Below are positions 62,553 to 64,000 of a DNA stretch of 64,000 nucleotides, one piece after another; the first letter of the stretch is position 1, and every line of letters starts with the position of its first letter. Origin of the DNA: Octopus sinensis (Eukaryota); assembly GCF_006345805.1 (NCBI RefSeq), contig NC_043005.1, positions 96,286,001 through 96,350,000 of the forward strand, read 5' to 3'. The notes beneath the pieces were generated by a model. The model made no database searches and was not told the origin of the DNA. It saw only the letters and a list, made by a program, of their open reading frames with translations. A program made the translations under genes and the position numbers.

Positions 62553-62999
62553 TTCTGCTAATATTGTTGTGTTGCATGCAATTTACATGTTTATATAAGA
62601 CTATTTAAAGTGGCTACTAGTTCAATGTCAGAATTGGCTGTTCAGTTGAACAAAGCTTCTAGAGATCATGTACATCTATGGCATTATTTGGTTAAACACT
62701 GTATAACATGACATTGGGATTGCTAGTTAATCATAACAAACTCCCACTTGATGACCAGATATGACAGAGGCTTTGCTGCTAGAGCAAGAATGAAAGAACC
62801 TCTGAATATTGGCGCTAGCATGAAAGCCAGCAATCTTGGTTTATGATGTCAGCAAAGAGGTACTTGAACAACTAATGTGAATGGAAAGGTTTTATCAAGA
62901 ATGCTTTCGCAAGACATTCATACTGTATTATTATTGTCAATAACACTAACCACAGCTGAAACTAGTAAAAAACTAAAAGAACAAAGAATTTTTTTTTAA

Positions 63000-63219
63000 C
63001 CCTTTTGTTACCAACCCGGCTGAAACCGGCTCTGGTTCTGAGTACAAATGTCTTGTTTTTATAAGTTATGAATTAAAATCTTCCACCAAACCTTAGTCAC
63101 AATTTATGTTCCTAACACTAGCTCAATGATAACTATGTTATTTTACTAAATTCTTTGTTGTATTTTAAGTAATTGAAAGAAACAAAGAACATCTCAAAAT
63201 AAATACAGTAACGAAAGGG
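63000..63219. mobile_element. 220-bp TTAA-flanked MITE (piggyBac-like)
   Basis: TTAA|CCCTTTTGTTAC...GTAACGAAAGGG|TTAA. Confidence 0.8.
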
Positions 63220-63355
63220 TTAAGTGACCTTTGATGTTTGAAACTTGTATTACCAAACTGGGCATTGAAAGAATGTGATTTTAATCTACAAATTTTTTCT
63301 ACTATTTTCTGTTCCTCGTTTCTTTATTTCTTTCAAGTAATTTTTTTTTTTCCAG

Positions 63356-63548
63356 GAGCCACAATATTGTGGGTTTCAATTTTCAGAACCTTGGTACTTT
63401 ACTTGCTGCTGATACCATCCTCTGTGGGAAACGGTTTGATGTTAAAATTAAAGATGTCCGTTTTGTTGGCTATCCACTCCATCTCAACAACCCAAACAGC
63501 AAACATGTACAGACTATACAGTCCTTTAATGTGGTCATTGTTTTAAAA
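63356..63548 (+). CDS. NPRL3: NPRL3 coding exon 3 (SHNIVGFNFQNLGTLLAADTILCGKRFDVKIKDVRFVGYPLHL...IQSFNVVIVLK)
   Basis: Matches human [32 protein letters not shown]...MILFNVVFALR; polypyrimidine tccAG acceptor (phase 2) and GTAAAT donor (phase 0). Confidence 0.92.
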
Positions 63549-64000
63549 GTAAATACTTTTGTGTCAATATTTTTCTATGCTACTTCTTAATATTCTCTAC
63601 TAATATTATCTGCAATATGCGTCCAACTCTCTCCATTCTTCTCTCTTTGTTTCATCTCTGTTTCGTTAAAATGCTGGAAGGTTGTTTAATTGGCTGAATG
63701 AGTAGACGTTCATAGTAAGTTTAACTGTCCATGTATGAAATTGTATGGAATAATATATATATATGTATATTTTATCATTTATTTATTATTGGCCTAATTT
63801 GACAGTGAGACACCAATGGATATGGCTCTATATATTTATTAACATAACCCACATTGTATTGGTAATTGAGTAATTAGCATTTTATAGGACTTTAATTCAA
63901 CCCCACTGCAGGCCTCTCTTTATATTTCAAGTAAATCATTTAATCTTACTCTTTTCAGTTTTTGCTGAACCCCAGGTCGGTCCTGTTTTGAGCAAACTTG

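Overview
Eukaryotic, AT-rich, repeat-dense animal DNA, most likely an octopus (inferred from the SINE/RTE repeat families and microsatellite load; not verifiable here). Most six-frame ORFs are artefacts of repeats. Two host genes are recognisable, and they point away from each other. TSC2 (tuberin) has its first coding exon on the minus strand (29520-29657); its next exon was not found in the remaining 29.5 kb. NPRL3 (GATOR1 subunit) has three phase-compatible coding exons on the plus strand (56093-56207, 58153-58210, 63356-63548). Both genes encode upstream negative regulators of mTORC1, their start codons are about 26.4 kb apart, and both candidate 5' leaders carry uORFs. The interval between them is filled with transposable elements. 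These include a full-length but disabled Ty3/Gypsy LTR retrotransposon (49065-54255; CsRn1-like, tRNA-Trp PBS, 4-bp TSD), a Tc1/mariner element with a DUF4817-like N-terminus, mariner relics, a TA-flanked MITE and a non-autonomous Helitron. The whole window is scattered with tRNA-derived SINEs, 3' ends of an RTE LINE whose 3' UTR carries a variable array of double-hairpin modules, TTAA-flanked MITEs and simple repeats. Family labels (SINE A, A', B) are my own. Repeat boundaries are approximate unless TSDs or TIRs are quoted.
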